Source: Peptococcaceae bacterium UBA5356 (GTDB lineage Bacteria; Bacillota; Peptococcia; DRI-13; DTU073). From it: DNA of 56,927 bases. Numbering within the stretch: the first letter of the stretch is position 1; each line of letters opens with the position of its first letter. Made by a program: the position numbers and the translations under genes. The notes beneath the pieces are model-generated. The model searched no databases and had not been told where the DNA came from. It saw only the letters and a program-made list of their open reading frames with translations. The DNA is taken from positions 1-56,927 of the forward strand of contig DHPU01000066.1 in NCBI GenBank assembly GCA_002407935.1. The letters are read 5' to 3'. Shown here piece after piece: positions 10,897-20,974 of the stretch.

Positions 10897-12069
10897 ATGA
10901 CAGTAAAAATAAAGGTAGAAAACTTAACCAAAATATTTGGGCGTAACCCCAAAGCAGTTTTAAAAAAGTTAAAAAGCGGTGAATCTAAAGAAAAAATTTT
11001 CCGGGAAACAGGGAATACCGTGGGAGTAAACAATGTATCTTTTGAGGTGAGCGAAGGAGAGTTTTTTGTGATTATGGGTCTTTCCGGCAGTGGAAAGTCA
11101 ACGCTTATTCGTTGCTTGAATTTGCTTAATATCCCTTCCGCCGGGCAGATTTATGTAGATGGCGCTAATATTGTGCAATATAACAAAAAGGCGTTAGGCG
11201 AGTTCAGACAGAAGAAAGTGGCCATGGTTTTTCAGCATTTTGGCCTTTTTACGCATCGTACGATTATTGGTAATGTAGAATATGGTCCGGAAATTCGCGG
11301 TATTCCTAAGGAGGAACGCCGGGAGATTGCCAAGAAAAATTTAGCGGCAGTTGGGTTGGAAGGCTGGGAGGATAAATATCCGAATGAGTTAAGCGGAGGG
11401 ATGCGTCAGCGGGTAGGTTTGGCGAGAGCTTTTGCTAATGACCCGGATATTCTCTTAATGGATGAACCGTTTAGTGCACTTGATCCGTTGATTCGCAGGG
11501 ATATGCAATTAGAAATGTTGGATATTCACGCTAAATTAGGAAAAACAATAGTCTTTATTACGCATGATGTCAATGAGGCTTTCAAACTGGGTGACAGGGT
11601 AGCAGTGATGAAGGATGGTGCGATAGAACAAATTGGGACACCGGAGGAAATCCTAACGAATCCCGCTAATGAATATATTGCGAACTTCGTGCAGGATGTA
11701 GATAAAACAAAAGTGCTTCATGCCGGTAATATTATGATTAAGCCGGGAGCACTTATCTCGCTGAAGGACGGACCGAAGGTAGCTATTAAAGAGATGAGAA
11801 ATAACGGTATCTCCAGTGTCTTTGTGGTGGACAATGCCAGAAAGCTGCAAGGGATAGTAACCATTGATGATGCGGTGAAGGCTTTAAAGGAACAGCAGAA
11901 ATTGCAGGACATTTTAATAAAAGATTACGATACCACAACTCCTGACACTTATGTGCAAGACTTGATTCAGGTAGCTTCTACCACCAAATATCCTATTGCT
12001 GTTGTGGATGAACAGGACAAACTGTTGGGGATTATTGTGCGGGTTTCTGTTCTCTCGGCTCTTACTTGA
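10897..12069 (+). CDS. opuAA: Betaine ABC transporter ATP-binding protein with C-terminal tandem CBS domains
   Basis: Walker A GLSGSGKST, signature LSGGMRQRVGLARA, Walker B ILLMDEPFSALD. The start is moved to ATG 10897 (MTVKIKVENL); the 10783 ORF start would overlap opuAB. Confidence 0.88.
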   Translation: MTVKIKVENLTKIFGRNPKAVLKKLKSGESKEKIFRETGNTVGVNNVSFEVSEGEFFVIMGLSGSGKSTLIRCLNLLNIPSAGQIYVDGANIVQYNKKALGEFRQKKVAMVFQHFGLFTHRTIIGNVEYGPEIRGIPKEERREIAKKNLAAVGLEGWEDKYPNELSGGMRQRVGLARAFANDPDILLMDEPFSALDPLIRRDMQLEMLDIHAKLGKTIVFITHDVNEAFKLGDRVAVMKDGAIEQIGTPEEILTNPANEYIANFVQDVDKTKVLHAGNIMIKPGALISLKDGPKVAIKEMRNNGISSVFVVDNARKLQGIVTIDDAVKALKEQQKLQDILIKDYDTTTPDTYVQDLIQVASTTKYPIAVVDEQDKLLGIIVRVSVLSALT

Positions 12070-12114
12070 GAACAACAGTAGTTATCCTTTAAACTCCGGA
12101 TTGCCATATTATAT

Positions 12115-13188
12115 TTAAGGATTTCTCGGAGTATTTTGGGCGAAGGACGGTTCAGTTAGCCCGTTTAGGGCAGCGGCTGGCAGGGCTGAGTTTAATTCAC
12201 CGGCTTTCAATAGAAAATCATGGAGCTTGATAAGCTCTTTTTTTTCAAGGAGAGGACTTTTCGACCAGCAGCCCGAGTTTTTGTAGCGGCCGATTCCTCT
12301 GATCAGGTTTTTTTCATCTTGCTGTGGGAAAAAGGCTTTTCCTACAGCCGCCAGTTTTTCAGGGCTATGTTCATTAACCCAGCGGAGTCCCTGAGAAAAG
12401 GCGTTCATAAATTTTTGATAGCTGTCCTGTTTTTGTGGGATTTTTTCTTTAGCGGCATAGATTACGGAGGAAACCAGGGGTTCAGTATTTTCATTCAATG
12501 ATGTTACGACTTGACCTGATTCTTCCTTTTCCAAAATGGTTGCGGCGGGTTCAGTGGTGAGAAAAAAGTGTGCTGTACCGCTCTGAAAAGTTCCTAGTCG
12601 AAGAGATGGAGGTAGATTAGTGAGGAGGTGCACATCCAGGTGAGGACGGATTTGTTGCTGCTTTAAGATGGTTTCGAGCAGGATTTGTGCAAGCTCACCG
12701 TTTTCGGCACCCAGAATAACCTTTCCTTTGACGTCCTTCCAAGAAAAGGACTGCACACCTTTACTAAGTAGTTCATTTTTACCGGATGACTTGTCTTTTT
12801 TGGATGATGTTGTTTTCCTGGCGAGAAGAAACAAGCCATTTTTCACGGTGCTTTGGGCAAGATAAACGAGTTTATTTGGCTGACCTTGTTGGTAAAGGAA
12901 AAAGCCAAGTTCCGAGCCGCTTAGCAATAGGTCATATTTTCCGGAAATAACGCTTTCTACTGCTTCCTGGGTGGAGGCGTATTTTTGTAGCTGAACCAGT
13001 AGGCCTTCATCTTGAAAAAAATTATTTTGCAGTGCTGCATAAAGAGGCAGATGTAAGAGCGAATCTTCTTGATAAGCTATTGTTAGTGTTGAAATGACCG
13101 GTTCTTTTGGGGGACTCTTCGAAGCGCATCCTGTCAACAGGAAAATCAGAAGAAAAATACTGATGAAAAGCGGTTTGAGTCTATACAC
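12115..13188 (-). CDS. Solute-binding lipoprotein, NMT1/SsuA-like (tentative)
   Basis: GTG start at 13188, 9 nt after GGAGG. Lipobox LLTGC. Periplasmic-binding-protein-like length and composition. Family assignment is weak. Confidence 0.55.
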   Translation of the reverse strand: MYRLKPLFISIFLLIFLLTGCASKSPPKEPVISTLTIAYQEDSLLHLPLYAALQNNFFQDEGLLVQLQKYASTQEAVESVISGKYDLLLSGSELGFFLYQQGQPNKLVYLAQSTVKNGLFLLARKTTSSKKDKSSGKNELLSKGVQSFSWKDVKGKVILGAENGELAQILLETILKQQQIRPHLDVHLLTNLPPSLRLGTFQSGTAHFFLTTEPAATILEKEESGQVVTSLNENTEPLVSSVIYAAKEKIPQKQDSYQKFMNAFSQGLRWVNEHSPEKLAAVGKAFFPQQDEKNLIRGIGRYKNSGCWSKSPLLEKKELIKLHDFLLKAGELNSALPAAALNGLTEPSFAQNTPRNP

Positions 13189-13385
13189 GGGACGCCTACC
13201 TCCGGTATATGTATATGTAATTCTTATATTTACATATAGTCGGGAAAGGCTAAGAGTATGACAATATATCAATTATTTTATCGCTCCAGTGACAGTGATA
13301 CATCTGAAAGATGACAAAAAATTCACGTATACAAAAGGTTTGCCTGCATAAGCTGAAATGAAGGGAAGAGTGGAGGTTGAGGCTT

Positions 13386-13817
13386 GTGGGCAAAGAGGGG
13401 GCACAGGTTAAAGCTGTTTGGTTTGGGTTGACTACAGCTTTGGGCATTTGGTTTATCACCGGAGTAGCCGGTTTTCTCTGGGTTGTGGTGAGTGAGCAAA
13501 CGACCTATTATTTAGGTTTGTATCTTTATCTTTTGGGTATTTTAGGGGTGTTGATTGGGGCAGCGGCCGCAGGGAAAAGAAGCAGAGGGAAAGGCTGGCT
13601 GCATGGTTTGTGGGTGGGTCTTTTGCTCGGGCTATTTGGTGTTATTCTGAATCTGGAGCTTATTCCGGAGTTGTATTCCTGGGGGGCGATTGGCCGTCAG
13701 CTTTTGGTCTGGACACTTTGGGGTGTTGCCGGTGGATATATCGGTGCTTATTTTCGAAGTCTGGAAAGAGGAAAGGCAGAGGGGATCAAGAAAAAGCTTT
13801 TTCGCGGCAGAGGTTAA
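13386..13817 (+). CDS. Small polytopic membrane protein (YrzE/TIGR04086-like, tentative)
   Basis: Four predicted hydrophobic helices. GTG 13386 lies 9 nt after GGAGG (13372-13376); the TTG at 13377 has no spacing to the RBS. Confidence 0.6.
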   Translation: MGKEGAQVKAVWFGLTTALGIWFITGVAGFLWVVVSEQTTYYLGLYLYLLGILGVLIGAAAAGKRSRGKGWLHGLWVGLLLGLFGVILNLELIPELYSWGAIGRQLLVWTLWGVAGGYIGAYFRSLERGKAEGIKKKLFRGRG

Positions 13818-13884
13818 TAACAACAAATGCCCTTGGTGAAGAGCGTTCTTGATAATGCGTGCTTCTGAGTTAATGAGTTAAGCG

Positions 13885-13913
13885 TTGACAATTACTGAAC
13901 AAATGAGTAAGAT
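13885..13913 (+). promoter_or_regulatory. Sigma-A type promoter of the valS leader
   Basis: TTGACA (13885-13890), 17 nt, TAAGAT (13908-13913). Confidence 0.65.
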
Positions 13914-13920
13914 AAAAGGC

Positions 13921-14232
13921 AGATGTATACTGGTAAGATCAGTTGAAAATGAGAATAATGGCAATATAGGTTAGAGCACGCCGAAGAAAGGAAATAGTAG
14001 ACTATAAATCCCTGCAGAGAGATAAATCCTTGGCTGTGAGGTTTATCAGGGTTAGTTATAGTACTTAGTCGTCCTGGAGGTGCGGTATTGAGAGGTCTTA
14101 GCTGATGCTAAGGAAGGTAGATACTGCCGGGTCTGCCCGTTAAAGCAGGGAAAGAGTCTCCAGTGGGGGAATTAAGGTGGTACCGCGGAAAAGAAATCCT
14201 TCCGTCCTTTTTTAGGGATGGGGAGGATTTTT
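13921..14232 (+). promoter_or_regulatory. T-box leader (tRNA-Val-responsive riboswitch) controlling valS
   Basis: AG-bulge CAGAGAGA (about 14016). Distal loop CTTGGCTGTGAGG. Candidate Val specifier codons GTA (14061-14063) and GTC (14068-14070). T-box sequence AATTAAGGTGGTACCGCGG (14170-14188). Terminator AAATCCTTCCGTCC..GGATGGGGAGGATTTTTT (14195-14232). Confidence 0.85.
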
Positions 14233-14315
14233 TAATGAGCAATATTATTGGGTGAGATTATTGAGCTGGATTATTTTAAGAGTTGCAGGGAAGCTTGAGA
14301 AGGAGGGAAATTTTT

Positions 14316-17123
14316 ATGACTATGGAAAATGAAAAAAAACTGTCTACAGTATATGAACCACAAAATGTGGAAGAAAAATGGTATCAGGTTTGGGAAAAAG
14401 AGGGTTATTTTCATGCGGAGGCTAATGAAGAGCTGCGGAAAAGGAAGGCGGTCGGGGAGGCGCAAACCTTTTCCATTGTCATGCCGCCCCCGAATGTTAC
14501 GGGCTCATTGCACCTAGGACATGCTCTGGATAGTACTCTACAGGATATACTGACGCGTTGGCGCCGGATGCAGGGTTATCATACGCTTTGGCTACCGGGC
14601 ACGGACCATGCCGGTATTGCTACCCAGGCTAAAGTGGAAGAACAGTTGGGCAAGGAAGGACTTTCTAAGTATGACTTAGGCAGAGAAAAATTTCTGGAGC
14701 GGGTTTGGGCGTGGAAAAAGCAATATGGCGGTCACATTACGAAACAGTTAAGAAAACTGGGTACTTCCTGCGATTGGGAGAGGGAGAGGTTTACTTTAGA
14801 TGAAGGCTGTTCTCAGGCAGTGCAAGAGGTTTTTGTCCGCTTGTATGAAAAAGGCTTAATCTATCAGGGCAATTACATTATTAACTGGTGTCCTAAATGT
14901 CAGACGACTATTTCCGATATTGAGGTGGAGCACGAACCCCATACAGGAAAGATCTGGCATATTCGTTATCCGGTCTTAGATGATGATGGGGCAACTACCG
15001 GTGAATATCTGGTGGTAGCAACAACTCGGCCGGAAACGATGCTGGGGGATACGGCGGTAGCGGTTCATCCTGAGGATGAACGTTATCAAGGGTTGGTAGG
15101 AAAAAAACTGCGTTTGCCGCTGACCGGGCGGATTATCCCGGTAATTGCCGATGATTATGTGGAGCGGGAATTTGGTACCGGTGCGGTGAAGGTTACTCCG
15201 GCGCATGATCCGAATGACTTTGAAATGGGGTTGAGACATAATCTGGAGCAAATTACGGTGCTCAATCGTCAAGCGGTAATGAACGAACAAGCCGGTTCAT
15301 ACCAGGGATTGGATCGTTACGAGGCTAGGAAACGGGTCGTGGCGGATTTAGAAACACAGGGCTTTCTGGTAAAGGTAGAAGAGCATGAGCATGCTGTAGG
15401 GCAGTGCTATCGCTGCGATACGGTAATTGAACCAATGGTTTCTAAGCAATGGTTTGTAAAAATGAAGCCGCTGGCCGAGCCCGCGATTCAAGCTGTGTTG
15501 GACGGCAGAATCCGCTTTGTGCCGGAACGCTTTACCAAGATTTATTTAAACTGGCTGGAGAATATTCGTGATTGGTGTATCAGCCGGCAGCTTTGGTGGG
15601 GTCATCGTATCCCGGTCTGGTATTGCCAGGATTGTCAAGAGGTTATTTGCACCAAGGAAGAACCAGCAAAATGTCCACGTTGCGGTTCGGCTAAACTGGA
15701 ACGGGATACTGATGTGCTGGATACTTGGTTTAGTTCTGGCTTGTGGCCTTTTTCCACGCAAGGTTGGCCTGAAGAAACGGAAACCTTGGGTTGTTATTAT
15801 CCGACTTCCGTACTGGTGACCGGACGCGATATTATTTTCTTCTGGGTGGCACGAATGATTTTTATGGGGTTGGAATTTAGGCCGGAGGTACCGTTCCGTG
15901 ACGTCTTTATTCATGGTTTAGTGCTTGATGCACAAGGACGGAAGATGAGTAAATCCCTGGGGAACGGGATAGATCCGATTGAGGTGATTGAGCAATACGG
16001 CGCTGATACGCTGCGCTTTATGTTGATTACGGGCAATACGCCCGGGAATGATCTGCGCTTCCAGATGGAGCGGCTGGAGGCTACCCGTAATTTTGCCAAC
16101 AAAATCTGGAATGCTTCCCGTTTTGCTTTATTGAATCTGGCTGATTATCAGGAGGCGGGTCAAGCGGAGGAAAAAGAGAACAGAGAGAATACGGAAAATG
16201 CAGAGAACACAGTAGAAATGGGGAAATCAGCCGGAGCGGGAATAATGGCTGGAGTGGAAAAGACGGTAGAAGATACAGCGGAAGGCCCCTTAGCTGATCG
16301 TTGGATCAGGAGCCGTTTTTGCCGGACGGCCGAAGAAGTAACACGTAATTTGGAGCGCTATGATTTGGGAGAAGCGGGTCGAGTTATTTACGAATTTATG
16401 TGGAATGAATTCTGTGATTGGTATATAGAAATGGTGAAGCCGCGCCTTTATGGAAAAGAGACTGCGGCAAGCAGGAGAACGGCTCAGACTGTGCTGGCAG
16501 CTACTTTACGCGGCACGCTGGAGTTACTGCATCCCTTTATGCCTTTCATTACAGAGGAAATTTGGCAGCACCTCCCGCATCAGGGAAAGACGGTTATGCT
16601 CGCTCCATGGCCGCAGGGCAAGGAAGCTGAGCTCGATGAACAGGCCGAAACGGAAATGACGGTAGTGATGGAGGTAGTAAAAGCGCTGCGTAATTTGCGC
16701 AGTGAGATGAATGTGTCTCCCGGTAAAAAGGCGGAAGCTGTCTTGATTGCGCAGAACGAAGCTGCTTTGGCGGCCTTGCAGCATGGAGAAGGTTATCTTC
16801 TTAACTTGGCCGGACTTTCGCAGGTGACTATCCTGCTTAGTGCTTCGGAGAAACCTGAGCAAGCCGTAACGGCGGTGGTGAGTGGGGTGGAGGTCTATCT
16901 TTCCTTAAAAGGCTTGGTAGATCTCGAAAAGGAACAGGCTCGTCTGGAAAAAGAGAAAGCAAACTTGGAGAAGGAAATAGCCCGTCTGGAGGGAAAACTG
17001 CAGAATCAGGGCTTCCTGGCTAAAGCACCCGGTGAAGTAATCGAGAAGGAAAAGGGAAAATTAGCGGATTATCGTACGAAAAAAGAAGCTATTTTGGAAA
17101 GAATCGCTTCCTTCACCGAATAA
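14316..17123 (+). CDS. valS: Valine--tRNA ligase
   Basis: HIGH motif (SLHLGHAL), KMSKS motif, C-terminal coiled coil. Start at ATG 14316, 8 nt after GGAGGG. Confidence 0.95.
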   Translation: MTMENEKKLSTVYEPQNVEEKWYQVWEKEGYFHAEANEELRKRKAVGEAQTFSIVMPPPNVTGSLHLGHALDSTLQDILTRWRRMQGYHTLWLPGTDHAGIATQAKVEEQLGKEGLSKYDLGREKFLERVWAWKKQYGGHITKQLRKLGTSCDWERERFTLDEGCSQAVQEVFVRLYEKGLIYQGNYIINWCPKCQTTISDIEVEHEPHTGKIWHIRYPVLDDDGATTGEYLVVATTRPETMLGDTAVAVHPEDERYQGLVGKKLRLPLTGRIIPVIADDYVEREFGTGAVKVTPAHDPNDFEMGLRHNLEQITVLNRQAVMNEQAGSYQGLDRYEARKRVVADLETQGFLVKVEEHEHAVGQCYRCDTVIEPMVSKQWFVKMKPLAEPAIQAVLDGRIRFVPERFTKIYLNWLENIRDWCISRQLWWGHRIPVWYCQDCQEVICTKEEPAKCPRCGSAKLERDTDVLDTWFSSGLWPFSTQGWPEETETLGCYYPTSVLVTGRDIIFFWVARMIFMGLEFRPEVPFRDVFIHGLVLDAQGRKMSKSLGNGIDPIEVIEQYGADTLRFMLITGNTPGNDLRFQMERLEATRNFANKIWNASRFALLNLADYQEAGQAEEKENRENTENAENTVEMGKSAGAGIMAGVEKTVEDTAEGPLADRWIRSRFCRTAEEVTRNLERYDLGEAGRVIYEFMWNEFCDWYIEMVKPRLYGKETAASRRTAQTVLAATLRGTLELLHPFMPFITEEIWQHLPHQGKTVMLAPWPQGKEAELDEQAETEMTVVMEVVKALRNLRSEMNVSPGKKAEAVLIAQNEAALAALQHGEGYLLNLAGLSQVTILLSASEKPEQAVTAVVSGVEVYLSLKGLVDLEKEQARLEKEKANLEKEIARLEGKLQNQGFLAKAPGEVIEKEKGKLADYRTKKEAILERIASFTE

Positions 17124-17173
17124 GAGCAAGTTCATTCCCGAAAAGTGAGAAACACTGGGGAGCTGAGAAGAGA

Positions 17174-18502
17174 ATGGATTATATAGAGGCACTGGAAAAA
17201 CTGAATACACTGACTCGTTTTGGGATTAATCTCGGGTTGCAGAGAATTACTAGTTTACTGAGGTTGTTTGCTCACCCCGAGGAACAAATTCCGATAATTC
17301 ATATTGGAGGGACAAATGGGAAGGGCTCTACCCTTGCCATGCTTTCTTCAATTTTACAAGAAGCGGGTTATCGGGTAGGGACTTTTACCTCACCTCATCT
17401 GCTTTCTTATCGTGAGCGGTTTATGATTAACGGTACGGAGATTTCGGTGGTGCGGTTGACGGAACTGCTGGAGGAAATCCTGGCCGTGGTGAGCGAGGTA
17501 CAACAAGAAACCGGGGAGAATCCGACAGAATTTGAAATATTAACGGCGTTAGCGTTCTTGTATTTTGCTCGGGAAAAGGTTGATGTTGCTCTCATTGAGG
17601 TAGGGATGGGGGGAGATATTGATTCGACGAATGTCGTGAAAAAACCGCTTCTCTCGATCGTTACCAATGTTTCCTTGGAGCATACCGCTTATTTAGGGAC
17701 AACGCTGACCGAGATTGCGCAAAAGAAAAGCGGCATTATTAAGCAAGGCTGTCCCGTCCTTACGGCGAGTGACAACGGAGAGGTTTTAAAGGTGCTGAGG
17801 AAGCGGGCGGCGGCTTGTCAAGCTTCGCTGGGGGAGATTTACAAGCAGGTGCATTGGACCGTGCAAGAGGAGAAAGAGCAGGGCGGTCAGGTTTTTAGCG
17901 TGCAAACGGCCCAAGGTAATTATCGTGAGCTTTTCCTGCCTTTTTGGGGGCAGCATCAATTAGCAAATGCCGTATTGGCCATTAGGGCGGCGGAGCTTTT
18001 GCAGGAGCAAGGTTGGCATATTGATGAGCAGGTAATTCGCCGGGGTTTAGCCCAGGCCAAATGGCCGGGGCGTTTGGAGGTTATCGGCACAAGACCGCTC
18101 GTCGTCATAGACGGGGCACATAATCCTGCCGGCATGGCGGCGTTAGCTCATTGGTTAGCAAGTAAGAAGAGCGAAGTAAGACGAGTTATCCTGGTGATTG
18201 GGATGCTGGATGACAAAGATCGCTCTTGGGCGGCCGGTTTGATTAAACCGTTGGTGGATCTAGTGGTTATTACCAAACCCAATTCGGAGCGGGCGCAAGC
18301 TTGGGAGGAACTCAGGCAATATTTCGGGAAGGAAAATTCCGGGAAAGAAATCTCCGTATTAGTAATAGAGGATTTATCGGAGGCGCTAAAAAAGGCTTTA
18401 CAGGAAGCAACCGCCCAAGATTTGGTGTTGGTGACGGGCTCTCTTTATTTAATCGGCGAGGTGAAAGAGCTTGTACAGGATAAACATTTAAATACGTTCT
18501 AA
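17174..18502 (+). CDS. folC: Bifunctional folylpolyglutamate synthase / dihydrofolate synthase
   Basis: Mur-ligase P-loop GGTNGKGST. DGAHNP motif. valS-folC synteny. Confidence 0.9.
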   Translation: MDYIEALEKLNTLTRFGINLGLQRITSLLRLFAHPEEQIPIIHIGGTNGKGSTLAMLSSILQEAGYRVGTFTSPHLLSYRERFMINGTEISVVRLTELLEEILAVVSEVQQETGENPTEFEILTALAFLYFAREKVDVALIEVGMGGDIDSTNVVKKPLLSIVTNVSLEHTAYLGTTLTEIAQKKSGIIKQGCPVLTASDNGEVLKVLRKRAAACQASLGEIYKQVHWTVQEEKEQGGQVFSVQTAQGNYRELFLPFWGQHQLANAVLAIRAAELLQEQGWHIDEQVIRRGLAQAKWPGRLEVIGTRPLVVIDGAHNPAGMAALAHWLASKKSEVRRVILVIGMLDDKDRSWAAGLIKPLVDLVVITKPNSERAQAWEELRQYFGKENSGKEISVLVIEDLSEALKKALQEATAQDLVLVTGSLYLIGEVKELVQDKHLNTF

Positions 18503-18550
18503 AAACACCCCCTCTCACATATAATTTTCTGATGAGATGGGGGTGTTATA

Positions 18551-19423
18551 ATGTTACGCTTAGGTAAGAACGGTTTTGGCTTTGTCTCTTTTTTAGTAGT
18601 TTTAGTGTTGATTTTAGGTTCTACCTTGTTAATGGGACAGATTTTAGGGCGTTTTTATATAGGAAATATCCAGCAGGAGCAACAGGAACAGCAGGAAAAA
18701 CAGGTAAAACAGGAAAAGGCAGAGATGGCACCAAAGAGGGTTTCTTCCCGCGGCGAGGCTCTTACCTGGGAAAGAAATAAGAAAAAGAAAGTTTTACGTT
18801 TAAAGAAGGTAGAGTATTATACGATTCTGGTGGCGGCGGCGGAACAGCAGGACGAAGCGTTACAGATTGGGCAAAACCTAGGGAAGCAAGGGTTACCGGT
18901 CATTGTTACGGCAGAAGCCCCTTATCAGGTGCTGCTTGGCTTTGTGAATAATGAGGCAAAGTTACTTTCCTTGGCCGAGAGAATCAGGATTGGAGAAACG
19001 GCGGTCGAGGTAAGATGTGAAATATTAAACAAGGTAGCTTTTAAATTTGAGGCGGAGGATACTTTGGCAGCGGAAAAAATTGCCCCCTTTTTGGGGAAAA
19101 TCAGTTTATGTTTAGAAAAGGGTTTGTTACTGTATAAAAATATTACGGTGGCAGATGAAGAGATGATCTTGTTACGGCCCAAATATGCTTTACTGGCAAC
19201 AGCGCTGGAAGAAGCGGCCGCTGAAGGAATAAGGATGGCGGCAGTGCTTGAGTCAGAGCAATTAGCCGGCGAGCTGGAAGAATTAGCCTGCTTGTGTCGG
19301 GAGTGGGGTCAAAGTCTTAGTCAATTGGGGGAAAAATGGAACGATGCCGAATTATTGAGAAGTCAGCAGCTGGCGCTGGTTTTAGTAGAGGAGTATCATC
19401 GGTTTCTTAGCATGAGTAATTGA
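18551..19423 (+). CDS. Membrane-anchored SPOR-like domain protein with a Gln/Glu repeat
   Basis: N-terminal TM helix and a QQEQQEQQEKQVKQEK repeat. SPOR-like segment (YYTILVAAAEQQDEALQIGQNL..YQVLLGFVNNEAKLLSLAERI). Sits where B. subtilis has spoIIB. Confidence 0.5.
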   Translation: MLRLGKNGFGFVSFLVVLVLILGSTLLMGQILGRFYIGNIQQEQQEQQEKQVKQEKAEMAPKRVSSRGEALTWERNKKKKVLRLKKVEYYTILVAAAEQQDEALQIGQNLGKQGLPVIVTAEAPYQVLLGFVNNEAKLLSLAERIRIGETAVEVRCEILNKVAFKFEAEDTLAAEKIAPFLGKISLCLEKGLLLYKNITVADEEMILLRPKYALLATALEEAAAEGIRMAAVLESEQLAGELEELACLCREWGQSLSQLGEKWNDAELLRSQQLALVLVEEYHRFLSMSN

Positions 19424-19458
19424 AAAGAAACAAGCTTAGGAAGTGCTCAAGACGTTAA

Positions 19459-19509
19459 TTGTACAAAGTATACAAGATTAGTCTGATATGTTATAATTAG
19501 TACAAAGTA
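19459..19509 (+). promoter_or_regulatory. rex promoter with a palindrome and a repeated GTACAAAGTA motif
   Basis: TTGTACA-AAG-TATACAA (19459-19475) overlaps a weak -35. Extended -10 TGtTATAAT (19489-19497). GTACAAAGTA occurs at 19461-19470 and 19500-19509. Confidence 0.45.
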
Positions 19510-19529
19510 CAAGGAAGGGAGGCGAGCGC

Positions 19530-20162
19530 TTGAAGACTTTAAAAATTCCTGAGGCCACGATAATTAGACTTTCGGTGTATTCCCGGCTTCTTGATTATTT
19601 ACATAAAAATGGGGTTATGATTGTTTCATCAGGGGAGATTGCTCGGGGTGTAGATGGTTCGCCCGCGCAGGTGCGGAAAGACTTGGCTTACTTTGGTGAG
19701 TTCGGGACGCGAGGCGTAGGTTACAATGTCAAAGATTTAAATGAGCAAGTCAAGAAAATTCTCGGATTAATGCATAAATGGAAAGTTATTATTGTTGGTG
19801 CCGGTAATTTAGGGTCGGCTCTAATCCATTTCAAAGGATTTAAGGAAAGAGGTTTTAATATTCAGGCTATTTTTGATAATGATCAAAATAAAGTAGGACA
19901 GAAGATCGGAGATGTTCCTGTTTATGACATTTTAGAATTAGAGGAACATGTCAAGACTAAGGAGATTGAAATTGCGATAGTAGCGATTCCCGCTCGCCAT
20001 GCTCAAGAGGTTGTGGATATTCTTGTGAACTCAGGGATAAAGGCCATCTTGAATTTTGCTCCTTGTGTGATTTCAGTACCGCGACACATCGAATTACGTA
20101 GTGTGGATTTGACCGTAAATATGGAAATACTTACTTTTAATTTAGTAGTAAATAAAAGATAA
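19530..20162 (+). CDS. rex: Redox-sensing transcriptional repressor Rex
   Basis: N-terminal winged helix (IPEATIIRLSVYSRLL) and Rossmann motif VIIVGAGNLGSAL. TTG start. Confidence 0.92.
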   Translation: MKTLKIPEATIIRLSVYSRLLDYLHKNGVMIVSSGEIARGVDGSPAQVRKDLAYFGEFGTRGVGYNVKDLNEQVKKILGLMHKWKVIIVGAGNLGSALIHFKGFKERGFNIQAIFDNDQNKVGQKIGDVPVYDILELEEHVKTKEIEIAIVAIPARHAQEVVDILVNSGIKAILNFAPCVISVPRHIELRSVDLTVNMEILTFNLVVNKR

Positions 20163-20220
20163 TATTGATGAAAAATAGATTATAATAAATAGGGCTAGTA
20201 TTAAGATAGGGGAGGAAAAG

Positions 20221-20592
20221 GTGATGGTCCTTGCCGAGATTCAAAAATTATTGAAGGCTACAGTTTATACGCAAATAGATCTAGCCAAAGTGGAAATTAA
20301 AACGGCTTGCGGGGCGGATTTATTGAGTGATGTGCTGGCTTTTACTAAGGAAAAAACTTTACTCTTAACAGGATTGATTCATCCTCAAGTACTACGTACA
20401 GTCGAAATGCTTGATTTAGTAGGAGTAGTTTTTGTACGCGGGAAAGAGCCCTCTAAGGAAATGAGGGAATTAGCTCAGGAAAAAGGAATTCCCCTATTAT
20501 CTACCAATTATCCCATGTACGAAGCTTGTGGGATTTTATTTAAAGCCGGTTTGGCGGGAAACAGTCTAAGCTTAACAAATAAAGACAAGTAA
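20221..20592 (+). CDS. DRTGG-domain protein
   Basis: 123 aa. The pattern ADLLSDVLAFTKEKTLLLTGL..VVFVRGKEP..GIPLLST is typical of stand-alone DRTGG proteins. ATG 20224 is an alternative start. Confidence 0.7.
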   Translation: MMVLAEIQKLLKATVYTQIDLAKVEIKTACGADLLSDVLAFTKEKTLLLTGLIHPQVLRTVEMLDLVGVVFVRGKEPSKEMRELAQEKGIPLLSTNYPMYEACGILFKAGLAGNSLSLTNKDK

Positions 20593-20626
20593 AGACAAGG
20601 AAGAACTAGATGGAGGAAGAGAAAGA

Positions 20627-20974
20627 ATGGAATTAAGAACGATCATGGAAGTGTTATCCTTAAATTCATTAAATGACGGAGATTTGTCTGTTGATACGGA
20701 AATTAAGGGTTGTTATATTGGAGATTTGTTAAGTAATGTGATGGCACATGCTCAAGCCGGAGATCTTTGGTTGACGGTGCAGACGCATCAAAATGTGGTA
20801 GCGGTGGGGCAATTGCTTAATTTGGGAGGCATCGTATTTTTGGAAGGGCACTTACCGCAAGAAGAGACAATTGCTAAGGCTCGGCAGGAGAGGATCCCTC
20901 TTTTTAGTACCAAGGAGTCAGCTTATGAGCTTGCGGGTTATTTGTACAAGCTGGGATTGGAAAGAAAAGCATGA
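20627..20974 (+). CDS. DRTGG-domain protein (paralog of the preceding gene)
   Basis: 115 aa. Same layout as its neighbour (IGDLLSNVMAHAQAGDLWLTVQ..IVFLEGHLP..RIPLFST). Confidence 0.7.
   Translation: MELRTIMEVLSLNSLNDGDLSVDTEIKGCYIGDLLSNVMAHAQAGDLWLTVQTHQNVVAVGQLLNLGGIVFLEGHLPQEETIAKARQERIPLFSTKESAYELAGYLYKLGLERKA

Noticed and set aside
20163-20220. Searched for a canonical Rex box (TTGTGAA-N4-TTCACAA) in front of the DRTGG/PHP/ATPase genes.
   Set aside because: None is present. The genes are most simply co-transcribed with rex, so no separate operator is claimed.
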